This document shows, piece after piece, positions 1-10,807 of a stretch of DNA of 32,000 bases. The stretch's first letter is position 1. Each line of letters opens with the position of its first letter. The notes under the pieces were generated by a model. The model saw only the letters and a list, made by a program, of their open reading frames with translations. It was not told where the DNA came from and made no database searches. The position numbers were made by a program, and so were the translations under genes. The stretch comes from Mycobacterium leprae TN (GTDB lineage Bacteria > Actinomycetota > Actinomycetes > Mycobacteriales > Mycobacteriaceae), in NCBI RefSeq assembly GCF_000195855.1, contig NC_002677.1, forward strand, positions 3,090,001-3,122,000, read 5' to 3'.

Positions 1-530
1 AACGACGTGGCTGTTGGCTGAGGTGGTGGAAATAATTTACCGGCCGCCGACATGGATAAGCGGTTACTTGGAACAACTCGACGGCTACCTCGGAGGTGTT
101 TGCTAGCCCCTGGTTCCATACCGAGGACCTCGTTTGAATGGACGAAAATGGCTACGTCTGGTAGGTGGATAGCAAGCAAGAAGGACACGAGCATCACCGG
201 TGGTGATAACATCTACTGCTTTGAGGCAGAGAACATCCTCGCCGGCCATCCCGACATCGTCGAGGTCTCCACCAGCGGGTGAGCTCACGAAAAGTGGAGC
301 GAGGTGCCGACCGCGGCTGTAAAGAATGAGCATTTGCGGCTAGCAAGGACTAACTTAACTTGAGTTCCTGCCTGATCGGCTCGCGCGCTACAAACACCCC
401 GCAGCGCTTGAGATCGTTACCAATCCGCTTCGCAACCCAGCCGGGAAGGTGCCCAAAAAATTAAACCGCCATTGCATTTTGACGTTTAGTGAGGGTTACG
501 AAAGAAATTCGGTGCCAAGATCAAGATATT
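1..530 (+). pseudogene. fadD5: Decayed acyl-CoA synthetase, FadD5-like C-terminal part
   Basis: Mixed-frame translation gives MDENGYVW*V, then KKDTSITGGDNIYCFEAENILAGHPDIVEV, then RYKHPAALEIVTNPLRNPAGKVPKK, all typical of the AMP-forming ligase C-terminus. In-frame stops and frameshifts are present. It lies immediately upstream of yrbE1A, as Rv0166 does. Confidence 0.88.
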
Positions 531-765
531 TAGATAACCAAAGAAGATTGTTGACAGAGTCGAAAAGTTGTCCTCTGAGCGTTGACAAAAGATCAATTCG
601 GCAGATGCGATGCACATGCGGTAGACCATCGGGTACATTCCTCTGGTCTCCGTTACCACTTGTTGGGTAGGGAGCCGATGGTTACTTCAGTACGGCCGAA
701 ACAAGGAGGTGGCGTTGTGACACGATCTGCCGAGGCATATATGGTTCCGGCGTGAGGGGTCAGCG

Positions 766-1569
766 GTGACGACGGAGACGCGCTCGAGCCTGGTCGAGTA
801 CGCCCACACCAAACTCCAGACGCCACTGGTTCTTGTTGGCGGGTTCTTCCGAATGCTCGTCCTGACCGGAAAGGCGTTGTTCCGGCGGCCATTCCAATGG
901 CGCGAGTTCATATTACAGTGCTGGTTCATCATGCGGGTTGCATTTCTGCCGACCGTCATGGTGTCGATTCCGCTGACCGTGCTGCTGATCTTCACCCTCA
1001 ACGTTCTGCTGGCTCAGTTCAGCGCTGCAGACTTATCTGGCGCGGGCGCGGCGATCGGGGCCGTCACCCAGCTCGGCCCGTTGACCACGGTGCTGGTGGT
1101 GGCCGGCGCCGGATCGACGTCCATCTGTGCGGACCTGGGTGCGCGCACTATCCGCGAGGAGATCGACGCGATGGAGGTTCTCGGCATCGACCCCATACAT
1201 AGACTGGTAGTGCCCCGGGTCCTTGCCGCGACGCTGGTAGCCACGCTGCTCAACGGCTTGGTCATCACCGTAGGCCTAGTGGGCGGCTACCTCTTCGGAG
1301 TTTACCTGCAGAATGTGTCGGGCGGTGCCTATCTTGCTACTCTCACCACTATTACCGGTCTTCCCGAAGTGGTGATCGCGACTGTCAAAGCCGCGACGTT
1401 CGGACTCATCGCTGGCTTGGTCGGCTGTTATCGCGGGCTGATCGTACGCGGTGGTTCCAACGGACTGGGCGCCGCCGTCAACGAAACCGTGGTGCTTTGC
1501 GTGGTCGCGTTGTACGCGGTCAATGTGGTGCTGACCACCATCGGCGTGCGCTTCGGAACTGGACACTGA
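766..1569 (+). CDS. yrbE1A: MlaE/YrbE-type permease of the mce1 operon
   Basis: 267-aa ORF with a GTG start and YrbE permease sequence (GAGSTSICADLGARTIREEIDAMEVLGIDP). First gene of the YrbE-YrbE-Mce array. Confidence 0.95.
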   Translation: MTTETRSSLVEYAHTKLQTPLVLVGGFFRMLVLTGKALFRRPFQWREFILQCWFIMRVAFLPTVMVSIPLTVLLIFTLNVLLAQFSAADLSGAGAAIGAVTQLGPLTTVLVVAGAGSTSICADLGARTIREEIDAMEVLGIDPIHRLVVPRVLAATLVATLLNGLVITVGLVGGYLFGVYLQNVSGGAYLATLTTITGLPEVVIATVKAATFGLIAGLVGCYRGLIVRGGSNGLGAAVNETVVLCVVALYAVNVVLTTIGVRFGTGH

Positions 1570-1572
1570 AAC

Positions 1573-2442
1573 ATGTCGACCGCTGCCGTGTTGCGCGCCC
1601 GTTTTCCGCGGGCTGCCGCCAATCTGAATCGTTATGGCGGAGCCGCGGCCCGCGGAATTGACGACATCGGCCAAATGAGCTGGTTTGGCCTGATCGCCCT
1701 CGGAAACATCCCTAATGCCCTGAGCCGCTATCGCAAGGAAACGCTGCGCCTGATAGCCCAGATCGGGATGGGTACTGGTGCAATGGCTGTCGTTGGTGGC
1801 ACCGCCGCGATCGTCGGGTTCGTCACGCTCTCCGGTAGCTCTCTGGTCGCTATCCAGGGTTTCGCGTCGCTGGGGGCCATCGGTGTCGAGGCGTTTACCG
1901 GCTTCTTCGCTGCACTGATCAACGTGCGCATCGCTGCCCCCGTGATCACAGGTATCGTCATGGCGGCCACCGTCGGCGCCGGCGCCACCGCCGAACTAGG
2001 GGCGATGCGTATCAGCGAAGAGATTGATGCCCTGGAAGTGATGAGCATCAAGTCGATCTCGTTTCTGGTGACTACTCGGATTTTGGCCGGGCTGGTCGTG
2101 ATCGTTCCACTTTACGCGGTGGCGATGATCATGGCGTTTCTGTCTCCACATATCATCACGACGGTGCTCTACGGGCAGTCGAATGGCACGTATGAGCACT
2201 ACTTCCGAACATTCCTGCGCCCCGATGACGTTTTCTGGTCGTTCTTGGAGGCCGTGATCATCACGGCGGTTGTGATGATCACGCATTGCTACTACGGGTA
2301 TACCGCCAACGGCGGACCTGTCGGCGTCGGTGAGGCCGTCGGGCGGTCGATGCGTTTCTCTTTGGTGTCAGTGCAGGTTGTAGTTTTATCCGCCACGTTG
2401 GCGCTCTACGGCGTAGATCCCAACTTCGCTTTGACGGTATAG
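1573..2442 (+). CDS. yrbE1B: MlaE/YrbE-type permease of the mce1 operon
   Basis: 289-aa ORF (GATAELGAMRISEEIDALEVMSIKS) directly after yrbE1A. Confidence 0.95.
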   Translation: MSTAAVLRARFPRAAANLNRYGGAAARGIDDIGQMSWFGLIALGNIPNALSRYRKETLRLIAQIGMGTGAMAVVGGTAAIVGFVTLSGSSLVAIQGFASLGAIGVEAFTGFFAALINVRIAAPVITGIVMAATVGAGATAELGAMRISEEIDALEVMSIKSISFLVTTRILAGLVVIVPLYAVAMIMAFLSPHIITTVLYGQSNGTYEHYFRTFLRPDDVFWSFLEAVIITAVVMITHCYYGYTANGGPVGVGEAVGRSMRFSLVSVQVVVLSATLALYGVDPNFALTV

Positions 2443-2445
2443 CCG

Positions 2446-3771
2446 ATGACATCATCAACAAAGATCAACGCGTCACGAAAGCCGCCGTACAAGTTGGCCG
2501 GGGTTGGCTTGTTGGTCGTGGCTGTAGTGATTTTCGGCTTGGTCTACGGGCAGTTTCGGGGAAATTTCACCCCTAAGTCCAAGTTGACGATGCTGGCCGA
2601 TCGGGCTGGGTTGGTGATGGATCGGGGCTCGAAGATAACCTACAACGGGGTTAAAATTGGCCGGGTCGCCGACATCTCGGAGACTGTGCGGAACGGCAGG
2701 CCGGTCGCCGAATTCACTTTGGATGTGTATCCGCGGTACCTGTCTCTAATTCCGGCCAATGTGAACGCCGACATCAAGGCGACCACGGTCTTCGGCGGTA
2801 AGTATGTGTCCTTGACGACGCCGGAACATCCGTCGCAGAAAAGGCTCACCCCGCAGACCGTGATCGACGCCAGGTCGGTGACCACGGAGATCAACACATT
2901 GTTCCAGACCATAACCTTGATCGCGGAGAAAGTGGATCCGATCAAGCTAAACCTGACGCTGAGCGCGGCCGCACAATCACTGGCTGGGCTTGGCGAGAGG
3001 TTCGGACAATCAATCGTCAATGGAAATTCGGTTCTTGACGACGTCAACTCGCAGCTGCCGCAGGCTCGTCACGACATCCAACAGCTGGCGTCCCTGGGGG
3101 ACACTTATGCTAACTCCGCTTCGGATTTTTTTGATTTCCTTAATAATTCGATCGTCACGTCGCGCACGATCAACCAGCAGCAGAAGGACTTGGACCAAGT
3201 GTTATTGGCCGCGGTCGGGTTCGGCAACACCGGCGCGGATATCTTCTCCCGCAGTGGGCCGTATCTGGCGCGGGGTGCCGCCGACCTAGTGCCCACGGCC
3301 CAGTTGTTGGATACCTACAGCCCGGCGATTTTCTGCACCCTGCGCAATTATCATGACATCGAACCCAAGGTCACATCGTTTCTCGGCGGCAACGGCTACT
3401 CTATCAATGATCATGTCGAGCTGCTGTCGGGGTTGGGATTCCTGCTGAACCCGACATCAGCGATATCCATCATCGGGGCAGGAGTCCTCTCACAAGGACT
3501 CCTAGCTCCACTCGGGCTAGCCGGAGTGGTCAACGGGGCAGCCAATCCCTACATCTATCCGGAAAATCTGCCGCGGGTCAACGCTCGGGGTGGGCCGGGG
3601 GGGGCGCCGGGTTGTTGGCAGCACATCACCCGTGATCTCTGGCCCACGCCCGAGTTAGTCATGGACACCGGCAACAGCATTGCGCCATACAACCACTTGG
3701 ATAGCGGTTCGCCATACGCCATCGAGTACGTCTGGGGCCGTCAAGTAGGGGATAACACAATCAACCCATGA
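2446..3771 (+). CDS. mce1A: Mce family protein Mce1A
   Basis: 441-aa ORF with an N-terminal TM and MlaD/Mce domain (ADRAGLVMDRGSKITYNGVKIGRVADI). First Mce gene of the array. Confidence 0.94.
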   Translation: MTSSTKINASRKPPYKLAGVGLLVVAVVIFGLVYGQFRGNFTPKSKLTMLADRAGLVMDRGSKITYNGVKIGRVADISETVRNGRPVAEFTLDVYPRYLSLIPANVNADIKATTVFGGKYVSLTTPEHPSQKRLTPQTVIDARSVTTEINTLFQTITLIAEKVDPIKLNLTLSAAAQSLAGLGERFGQSIVNGNSVLDDVNSQLPQARHDIQQLASLGDTYANSASDFFDFLNNSIVTSRTINQQQKDLDQVLLAAVGFGNTGADIFSRSGPYLARGAADLVPTAQLLDTYSPAIFCTLRNYHDIEPKVTSFLGGNGYSINDHVELLSGLGFLLNPTSAISIIGAGVLSQGLLAPLGLAGVVNGAANPYIYPENLPRVNARGGPGGAPGCWQHITRDLWPTPELVMDTGNSIAPYNHLDSGSPYAIEYVWGRQVGDNTINP

Positions 3772-4808
3772 AACTCACCGGTACTGTCGTCCGCCTCAGC
3801 ATCTTTTCGTTGGTGCTGTTGCTGTTTACTGTGATGATCATAGTGGTGTTTGGTCAGATGCGTTTCGGCCGGACCAATGGGTATACGGCGGAGTTCACCA
3901 ACATCAGCGGTCTGCGGACGGGCCAGTTTGTCCGTGCCTCGGGAGTGGAGGTGGGCAAGGTCAACTCTGTTGCACTGATCAATGGCGGCACGAGGGTCCG
4001 GGTGAAATTCAACGTCGACCGCTCAGTGCCACTGTATCAGTCGACGACAGCACAGATCCGCTACCTCGACTTGATTGGCAATCGTTATCTGGAGCTCAAG
4101 CACGGCGAGGGACAAGGATCGGAAAAGATAATGCCGGCGGGTGGACTCATCCCGCTGTCAAGGACGTCGCCGGCGCTTGATCTCGACGCGTTGATTGGTG
4201 GTTTCAAACCGCTGTTTCGGGCGCTGGACCCCGACAAGATCAACACCATCGCCTCGGCCATCGTCGCCGCGTTCCAGGGTCAGGGCGGAACTATAAACGA
4301 CATCCTCGACCAAACCGCTCAGCTGACCACTGCTATTGGCGAGCGTGACCAAGCGATCGGTGAGGTGGTTAAGAATTTGAACGTCGTGTTGGACACGACC
4401 GTTCGGCATCGCAAAGAATTCGACCAGACCGTCAACAACCTCGAGATATTGATCACCGGGCTCAAGGATCACGGTGATCAATTGGCGGGAAGCTTTGCGC
4501 ACATTAGCAACGCCGCGGGGACAGTGGCCAATCTTCTGGCTGAGGACCACGCACTGTTACACAAATCGATCAACTATCTGGATGGGATTCAGCAGCCGCT
4601 GATCGATCAGAGGCTGCAGCTGGAAGACTACCTTCATAAGTTGCCGACCGTGTTGAACCAGATCGGGCGCACGATCGGTTCCTACGGGGATTTCGTGAAC
4701 TTCTACTCCTGTGACATCACGCTCAAGATCAACGGGTTGCAGCCTGGTGGACCCGTCCGCACGGTCCGGCTTTTCCAGCAGCCGACGGGTCGGTGCACGC
4801 CGCAATGA
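3768..4808 (+). CDS. mce1B: Mce family protein Mce1B
   Basis: 346-aa ORF with Mce domain (ISGLRTGQFVRASGVEVGKVNSV). Overlaps mce1A by 4 bp. Confidence 0.94.
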   Translation: MKLTGTVVRLSIFSLVLLLFTVMIIVVFGQMRFGRTNGYTAEFTNISGLRTGQFVRASGVEVGKVNSVALINGGTRVRVKFNVDRSVPLYQSTTAQIRYLDLIGNRYLELKHGEGQGSEKIMPAGGLIPLSRTSPALDLDALIGGFKPLFRALDPDKINTIASAIVAAFQGQGGTINDILDQTAQLTTAIGERDQAIGEVVKNLNVVLDTTVRHRKEFDQTVNNLEILITGLKDHGDQLAGSFAHISNAAGTVANLLAEDHALLHKSINYLDGIQQPLIDQRLQLEDYLHKLPTVLNQIGRTIGSYGDFVNFYSCDITLKINGLQPGGPVRTVRLFQQPTGRCTPQ

Positions 4809-6364
4809 GAACGCTGGAACTCCCCAATCGACTTCGCAGTGGGCTCATCGGAGTCCTGGTGGTCCTTCTCATCATCGGTGTGGGCCAAAGCTTCACCAGT
4901 GTCCCGATCTTGTTCGCCCGACCCAGCTACTACGGGCAGTTCACCGACACCGGTGGACTCAACAAGGGCGACAAGGTGCGCATTGCCGGCATGGATGTTG
5001 GCAAGGTGGAGGCGCTGAAGATCGACGGTGACCACGTCGTGATCAAGTTCTCCATCGGCACTAACCGCATCGGCACTGCGAGTCGGCTGGGGATCCGCAC
5101 CGACACCGTACTCGGCAAGAAGGTCCTCGAGGTCGAGACGCGCGGCACCCAGCTGTTACGGCCCGGGGACAGTTTGCCGTTGGGCCAAAGCACGACTCCC
5201 TACCAGAGCTATGATGCGTTCTTCGACGCCACCAAGGTCGCTTCGGGCTGGAACATTGACACCATCAAGCAGTCGCTGAAGGTGGTGTCGGAAACCATTG
5301 ATCAAACATACCCGCATCTAAGCGCTGCACTCGATGGTGTGGCCAAGTTCTCCGACACCATCGGCGCACGCGACAAGGAGATCAAACACCTGATTGCGCA
5401 GGCCAACCAAGTGGCTAGTGTCCTCGGTGACCGTGGCGCACAAGTGGACCGATTGTTGGTCAACACCAAGACTTTGATCGCGGCGTTCAACGAACGCGGA
5501 CGTGCCGTCGATGCATTGCTGGGTAACGTCGCTGCGTTTGCTGCCCAGGTGCAAAGATTGATCAACGACAACCCGAACCTCAATCACGTGCTGGAACAGT
5601 TGCACCAGCTGAGTGGCATCTTGGTTCAGCACAAAGACGACCTGGCTAATACTCTCATTCAGGTCGCCGCATTCTTACCATCGTTGAATGAGGCCATCGG
5701 GTCGGGACCCTTCTTCAAGGTGGTCTTGCACAACTTGGCGCCGTATCAGATTTTGCAGCCGTGGGTCGACGCCGCGTTTAAGAAGCGCGGTATCGACCCA
5801 GAGAACTTCTGGCGCAGCGCCGGGTTGCCGGAATTCCGGTTTCCCGACCCCAACGGCACCCGCTTCCCGAATGGCGCACCGCCGCCTGCGCCACCGGTGC
5901 TAGAGGGCACCCCGGAAAATCCGGGACCGGCTGTTCCACCGGGATCGCCATGCTCCTACACTCCGGCGCATCCGGGCGGCAATAACACCATCGGGGATGA
6001 AATGGGTCTGCCCCGGCCGTGGAATCCGCTCCCATGCGCTGGTGCGACAGCAGGACCGTACGGTGGACCCGCCTTCCCGGCGCCGATAGACGTCCAAACG
6101 TCGCCACCGAACCCCGATGGGCTGCCACTGCTGCCAGGCATCGCGATTGCTGGGCGGCCGGGTGATCCAGCTCCGAACGTCCCAGGTACTCCGGTGCCCC
6201 TACCGCCGAACGCGCCGCCAGGTGCGCGCACCGAGCAGCTGGCACCTGCCGCCCCGGCGCAGGATTCATCGGCACCGCATGAGCCCAGGGAACAGCTGTC
6301 AGCACCGTTGATTAACCCGGGAGGCACAGGAGGTAGCGGCGGCGCAGGAGGTAGTCGGAATTGA
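4805..6364 (+). CDS. mce1C: Mce family protein Mce1C with long Pro-rich C-terminal tail
   Basis: The ORF track extends to a GTG at 4793, but the ATG at 4805 (MRTLELPNRL) gives the standard 4-bp overlap. Mce domain is GLNKGDKVRIAGMDVGKVEAL. Confidence 0.92.
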   Translation: MRTLELPNRLRSGLIGVLVVLLIIGVGQSFTSVPILFARPSYYGQFTDTGGLNKGDKVRIAGMDVGKVEALKIDGDHVVIKFSIGTNRIGTASRLGIRTDTVLGKKVLEVETRGTQLLRPGDSLPLGQSTTPYQSYDAFFDATKVASGWNIDTIKQSLKVVSETIDQTYPHLSAALDGVAKFSDTIGARDKEIKHLIAQANQVASVLGDRGAQVDRLLVNTKTLIAAFNERGRAVDALLGNVAAFAAQVQRLINDNPNLNHVLEQLHQLSGILVQHKDDLANTLIQVAAFLPSLNEAIGSGPFFKVVLHNLAPYQILQPWVDAAFKKRGIDPENFWRSAGLPEFRFPDPNGTRFPNGAPPPAPPVLEGTPENPGPAVPPGSPCSYTPAHPGGNNTIGDEMGLPRPWNPLPCAGATAGPYGGPAFPAPIDVQTSPPNPDGLPLLPGIAIAGRPGDPAPNVPGTPVPLPPNAPPGARTEQLAPAAPAQDSSAPHEPREQLSAPLINPGGTGGSGGAGGSRN

Positions 6365-7956
6365 GTACCATCTTTGATGTCCGCAAGCTGAAGCTATTGA
6401 GGCTGTCACGAGCCCCGGTGATTGTAGGGTCATTGGTGGTGGTACTAGCCCTCGTCGTCGGATTCGTCGGTTGGAGGCTTTACCAGAAGCTGACGAACAA
6501 CACTGTTGTTGTTTACTTCCCTGCCGCGACCGCGCTCTATACCGGAGACAAGGTCCAGATCATGGGTTTGCGCGTTGGTTCGATCGACTCGATCGTGCCG
6601 GCCGGCGACAAGATGAAGGTGACTTTTCATTACCAGAACAAGTACAAGGTTCCCGCCAATGCGTCCGCGGTGATCCTCAACCCCACCTTGGTAGCGTCCC
6701 GCTCGATCCAGTTGGAGCCGCCTTATAAGGGTGGCCCTGCGTTGGGAGATAACGCGGTGATCCCGCTCGAGCGCACCCAGGTTCCGGTGGAGTGGGACGA
6801 ACTGCGGGATAGCATCACCAAAATCATCTCCAAACTCGGCCCGACTAAAGAGCAGCCGAAAGGTCCTTTCGGTGACGTTATCGAATCGTTCGCCGATGGG
6901 CTGGCCGGTAAAGGCAAGCAGATTAACGCCACGCTGGACAGCCTCTCGCGAGCGTTGACCGCATTGAACGAAGGTCGTGGCGACTTTTTCGCGGTGCTAC
7001 GCAGCTTGGCGCTGTTCGTCAACGCACTGCACACCGACGATCAGCAGTTTGTTGCCTTGAACCAAAACCTGGCCGACTTCACCACTCGACTTGCGCATTC
7101 CGACACCGATTTGTCCAGTGCGTTACAGCAATTCAACAGTATGTTGTCCACGGTGCAGTCGTTCCTCGTTAAGAACCGCGAGGTACTGGCCGCCGATGTC
7201 AATAACCTGGCCACAGTGAACAACACGGTAGTTCAGCCAGAGCCGCTGAACGGGGTGGAAACCTTTCTGCACGTCGCCCCGACGGCCGCGGCGAATATGA
7301 ACCAGCTTTATCACCCGGCTCACGGTTCCGTTGTTGGTGTTCCGACGATCACCAACTTCGCGAACCCGATGCAGTTCATTTGCAGCGCAATTCAGGCTGG
7401 CAGCCGATTAGGCTATCAGGAGTCCGCCGAACTTTGCGCGCAATATCTTTCCCCGGTCCTGGATGCGATCAAGTTCAACTATTTCCCGTTTGGTTTAAAC
7501 CTGTTCAGTACGGCGGAGGTGCTTCCCAAGGAGGTCGCCTACTCTGAGGCGCGGCTGCAGCCGCCGAGTGGGTACAAGGACACGACCGTCCCGGGGATCT
7601 GGGTGCCGGACACGCCGTTGTCACACCGCAACACCCAACCCGGCTGGATTGTCGCCCCGGGAATGCAAGGGCAGCAGGTCGGGCCGATTACGGCGGCCCT
7701 GATGACTCCCGACTCGCTAGCTGAGCTCATGGGTGGCCCGGATATCGAGCCTATTCAATCCAACCTGCAGACGCCACCGGGACCGCCGACCGCGTACGAC
7801 GAGCACCCGGTTCCACCACCCATCGGCTTGCAGGCGTCGGTGCCTATACCGTCGCCAAGACCTGATGTGGTGCCTGGTCCGGTTGCTCCGACACCGTCGC
7901 CCGCGGCCAACGTCGGCGACCCACCGCTGCCCGCTGAGTTAGGAGCAGGCCAGTGA
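6361..7956 (+). CDS. mce1D: Mce family protein Mce1D
   Basis: 531-aa ORF with Mce domain (ALYTGDKVQIMGLRVGSIDSI) and a 4-bp overlap with mce1C. Confidence 0.94.
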   Translation: MSTIFDVRKLKLLRLSRAPVIVGSLVVVLALVVGFVGWRLYQKLTNNTVVVYFPAATALYTGDKVQIMGLRVGSIDSIVPAGDKMKVTFHYQNKYKVPANASAVILNPTLVASRSIQLEPPYKGGPALGDNAVIPLERTQVPVEWDELRDSITKIISKLGPTKEQPKGPFGDVIESFADGLAGKGKQINATLDSLSRALTALNEGRGDFFAVLRSLALFVNALHTDDQQFVALNQNLADFTTRLAHSDTDLSSALQQFNSMLSTVQSFLVKNREVLAADVNNLATVNNTVVQPEPLNGVETFLHVAPTAAANMNQLYHPAHGSVVGVPTITNFANPMQFICSAIQAGSRLGYQESAELCAQYLSPVLDAIKFNYFPFGLNLFSTAEVLPKEVAYSEARLQPPSGYKDTTVPGIWVPDTPLSHRNTQPGWIVAPGMQGQQVGPITAALMTPDSLAELMGGPDIEPIQSNLQTPPGPPTAYDEHPVPPPIGLQASVPIPSPRPDVVPGPVAPTPSPAANVGDPPLPAELGAGQ

Positions 7957-9131
7957 GGCGTGCAATGAGTGTGGTACACACTAGCCGGGTGCGTCACCAG
8001 ACCTGGCGGGGGCTGGTGATGTTGGTGGCCGCGCTGTTGCTGAGCTCCTGTGGTTGGCGTGGAATTTCTAACGTCTCGATTCCGGGTGGTCCGGGCAGCG
8101 GCAAGGGAGCTTACACCATCTATGTGCAGGTGCCGGACACGCTGGCGATTAACGGCAACAGCAAGGTGATGGTTGCCGACGTCACAGTTGGCTCGATACG
8201 CGCCATCAACTTGAAGAACTGGGTGGCCACCCTGACTCTGGGTTTAAACAAGGACGTCCAGCTACCGAAGAACACCACCGCCAAGATCGGACAGACCAGT
8301 TTGTTGGGCTCTCAGCATGTGGAGTTGGCCGCGCCGGCAAACCCGTCACTGGAATTACTCAAGAATGGTGACACCATCCCGCTGAAAAATTCGTCGGTGT
8401 TCCCCACCACCGAGCAAACATTAGCCAGTCTCTCCTTGATCTTGCGCGGAGGTGGTATTCCGAACCTGGAAACGCTAACAAACGAGGTTTTCAATATATT
8501 CCACGGGCGAGCCGACCAGATCCATGCCTTCTTAACAAAGCTAGATACCTTTGCTAGTCAGCTCAACCAGCAACGCGATGACATCACCCACGCTATCGAC
8601 TCGACCAACCGACTGCTGACCTATGTGGGTGGCCGCTCGGATGTCCTCGATCAAATACTGACCGACATCCCGCCGTTGATCAAGCATTTCGCCGACACCA
8701 AAAACTTGCTCATAAACGCTGTTGGTTCGGTTGGACAGCTCAGCCAGGCCGTCGATCAGTACTTGTCGGAGGCACGTGGTCCTCTGCACACCGACTTGCA
8801 AGCGTTGGCATGTCCACTGCGAGAACTCGGCCGTGGCGCGCCGTATTTCATCGGCGCGATGAAGTTGATCCTGACCCAGCCGTACGACGTCGACACGGTT
8901 CCGAAGATAATGAGGGGCGACTACCAAAATGTGTCGCTGACATTAGACGTCACTTACAGCGCCATGGACAATGCGGTTCTTACCGGTACCGGATTGTCTG
9001 GGGCTCTCCGTGCCCTCGAGCAATCCTTTGGTCGCGATCCTGAAACGATGATCCCCGACGTTCGCTACACGACGAACCCCAATGACGCACCCGGCGGACC
9101 GTTGGTGGAAAGGGCCGATAGGCGATGCTGA
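7953..9131 (+). CDS. lprK: Mce-family lipoprotein LprK (Mce1E)
   Basis: 392-aa ORF with signal peptide and lipobox LLLSSC followed by GWRGISNVSIPGG, plus an Mce domain. An ATG at 7965 is an alternative start. Confidence 0.93.
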   Translation: MRRAMSVVHTSRVRHQTWRGLVMLVAALLLSSCGWRGISNVSIPGGPGSGKGAYTIYVQVPDTLAINGNSKVMVADVTVGSIRAINLKNWVATLTLGLNKDVQLPKNTTAKIGQTSLLGSQHVELAAPANPSLELLKNGDTIPLKNSSVFPTTEQTLASLSLILRGGGIPNLETLTNEVFNIFHGRADQIHAFLTKLDTFASQLNQQRDDITHAIDSTNRLLTYVGGRSDVLDQILTDIPPLIKHFADTKNLLINAVGSVGQLSQAVDQYLSEARGPLHTDLQALACPLRELGRGAPYFIGAMKLILTQPYDVDTVPKIMRGDYQNVSLTLDVTYSAMDNAVLTGTGLSGALRALEQSFGRDPETMIPDVRYTTNPNDAPGGPLVERADRRC

Positions 9132-10675
9132 CTCCCCTCATCAGACGGCAACTGGTCCTGTTCGCCATCCTGACCGTCATTTCGTTGACTGTCCTGGGCG
9201 TGTATTACTTGCAGATTCCAAGTTTGGTGGGTATCGGTCGGTATTCGCTGAAGGCGGAGTTGTCCGCAACAGGCGGGCTGTATCCGACGGCCAACGTGAC
9301 CTACCGCGGCATAGCTATCGGCAAAGTCACCGATGTCGAGCCGACCGCAACGGGTGCCGAAGCGACAATGAGTATCGACAGTCGCTATAAGATCCCGATT
9401 GATTCGGCAGCGAATGTGCACTCGGTTTCGGCGGTTGGTGAACAGTACCTGGACCTGGTGTCGAGCGGGAACCCCGGCAAGTACTTGGCACCCGGACAAA
9501 CCATCACCAAGAGCAAAATACCCATTGAGATCGGGCCGGCACTGGACTCCGTTAACCGAGGGCTTGCCGCGTTGCCGAAGGAAAAGATCGGCTCGCTACT
9601 CGACGAGACAGCGCAAGCAGTCGGTGGGTTGGGTCCGGCTCTGCAACGGTTAGTTAGTTCCACTCAGGCGATTGTTGACGCTTTTAAGACCAACATCACC
9701 GACGTCAACGACATCATCCAAAACTCTGGGCCGATCCTGGATAGCCAAGTCAAATCCGACAATGCGATTGAGCGTTGGGTGCACAACCTGAATGTCCTGG
9801 CAGCGCAGTCCGCACGACAAGATCAGCATTTGAAAAGTATTCTGTCCCAAGCGGCGCCGACCGCCGATGAGGTCAACACGGTATTTAGTGACGTACGAGA
9901 TTCACTTCCACAGACGCTGGCGAACTTCGAAATCCTGATCGACATGCTCAAGCGCTACCACCATGGTGTGGAGCAAATGCTGGTGTTTCTGCCGCAGGGG
10001 GCTTCAATTGCGCAGACGGCGTCAGCGACGTTCCCGAATATGGCCGCGCTTGATCTGGCGTTGTCGATCAACCAGCCGCCGCCTTGTCTAACTGGCTTCA
10101 TTCCAGCAGCGGAGTGGCGCTCGCCGGCGGACACCAGCCTGCAGCCGTTGCCGGTCGGTACGTACTGCAAGATCCCGATGGACACGCCGGCTAACAGCGT
10201 GCGCGGATCGCGAAACATTCCGTGCGTCGATGTCCCCGGCAAGCGGGCTGCCTCGCCACGGGAATGCCGCGACTCTAAACCGTATGTTCCGCTAGGGACC
10301 AATCCCTGGTTCGGCGACCCGAACCAGCTCCTAACCTGTCCGGCGCCCGGCGCCCGCTGCGATCAGCCGGTCAAGCCAGGCTTGGTGATTCCGGCGCCGA
10401 CGGTTGACAACGGCCTGAACCCGGCGCCCGCTGACCGGCTGCCGGGGACACCACCGCCGGTTAGCGACCCTTTGTCGCAGCCACGATCCGGTAGCGTACA
10501 GTGCAACGGACAGCAACCCAACACGTGTGTCTACACTCCGAGTGGGCCTCCTTCGGCTGTGTACAGTCCCCAAAGCGGTGAACTGGTAGGGCCCGACGGA
10601 GTGGCATATGCTGTCGAAAACTCGACTAAAACAGGAGATGACGGATGGAAGGAGATGCTGGCACCAGCTGGCTGA
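9125..10675 (+). CDS. mce1F: Mce family protein Mce1F
   Basis: 516-aa ORF with Mce domain (GLYPTANVTYRGIAIGKVTDV). Last Mce gene of the array. Confidence 0.93.
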   Translation: MLTPLIRRQLVLFAILTVISLTVLGVYYLQIPSLVGIGRYSLKAELSATGGLYPTANVTYRGIAIGKVTDVEPTATGAEATMSIDSRYKIPIDSAANVHSVSAVGEQYLDLVSSGNPGKYLAPGQTITKSKIPIEIGPALDSVNRGLAALPKEKIGSLLDETAQAVGGLGPALQRLVSSTQAIVDAFKTNITDVNDIIQNSGPILDSQVKSDNAIERWVHNLNVLAAQSARQDQHLKSILSQAAPTADEVNTVFSDVRDSLPQTLANFEILIDMLKRYHHGVEQMLVFLPQGASIAQTASATFPNMAALDLALSINQPPPCLTGFIPAAEWRSPADTSLQPLPVGTYCKIPMDTPANSVRGSRNIPCVDVPGKRAASPRECRDSKPYVPLGTNPWFGDPNQLLTCPAPGARCDQPVKPGLVIPAPTVDNGLNPAPADRLPGTPPPVSDPLSQPRSGSVQCNGQQPNTCVYTPSGPPSAVYSPQSGELVGPDGVAYAVENSTKTGDDGWKEMLAPAG

Positions 10676-10807
10676 ACCTCCACCGATGTTGATGCTTCGT
10701 CGTTTGCAAATACTTTCCCGGAGATCCGGGCAGAAAATTCGACAGGACTCCCAGCTCGGGGCCGGCCAAGCCGGCCCGAGCTGACCCTCGAAGAGGGCAT
10801 CGAAGAG

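Noticed and set aside
4930-6327. Cluster of antisense and alternate-frame ORFs in mce1C
   Set aside because: They mirror the Pro/Gly-rich coding tail of mce1C. Composition artefacts.
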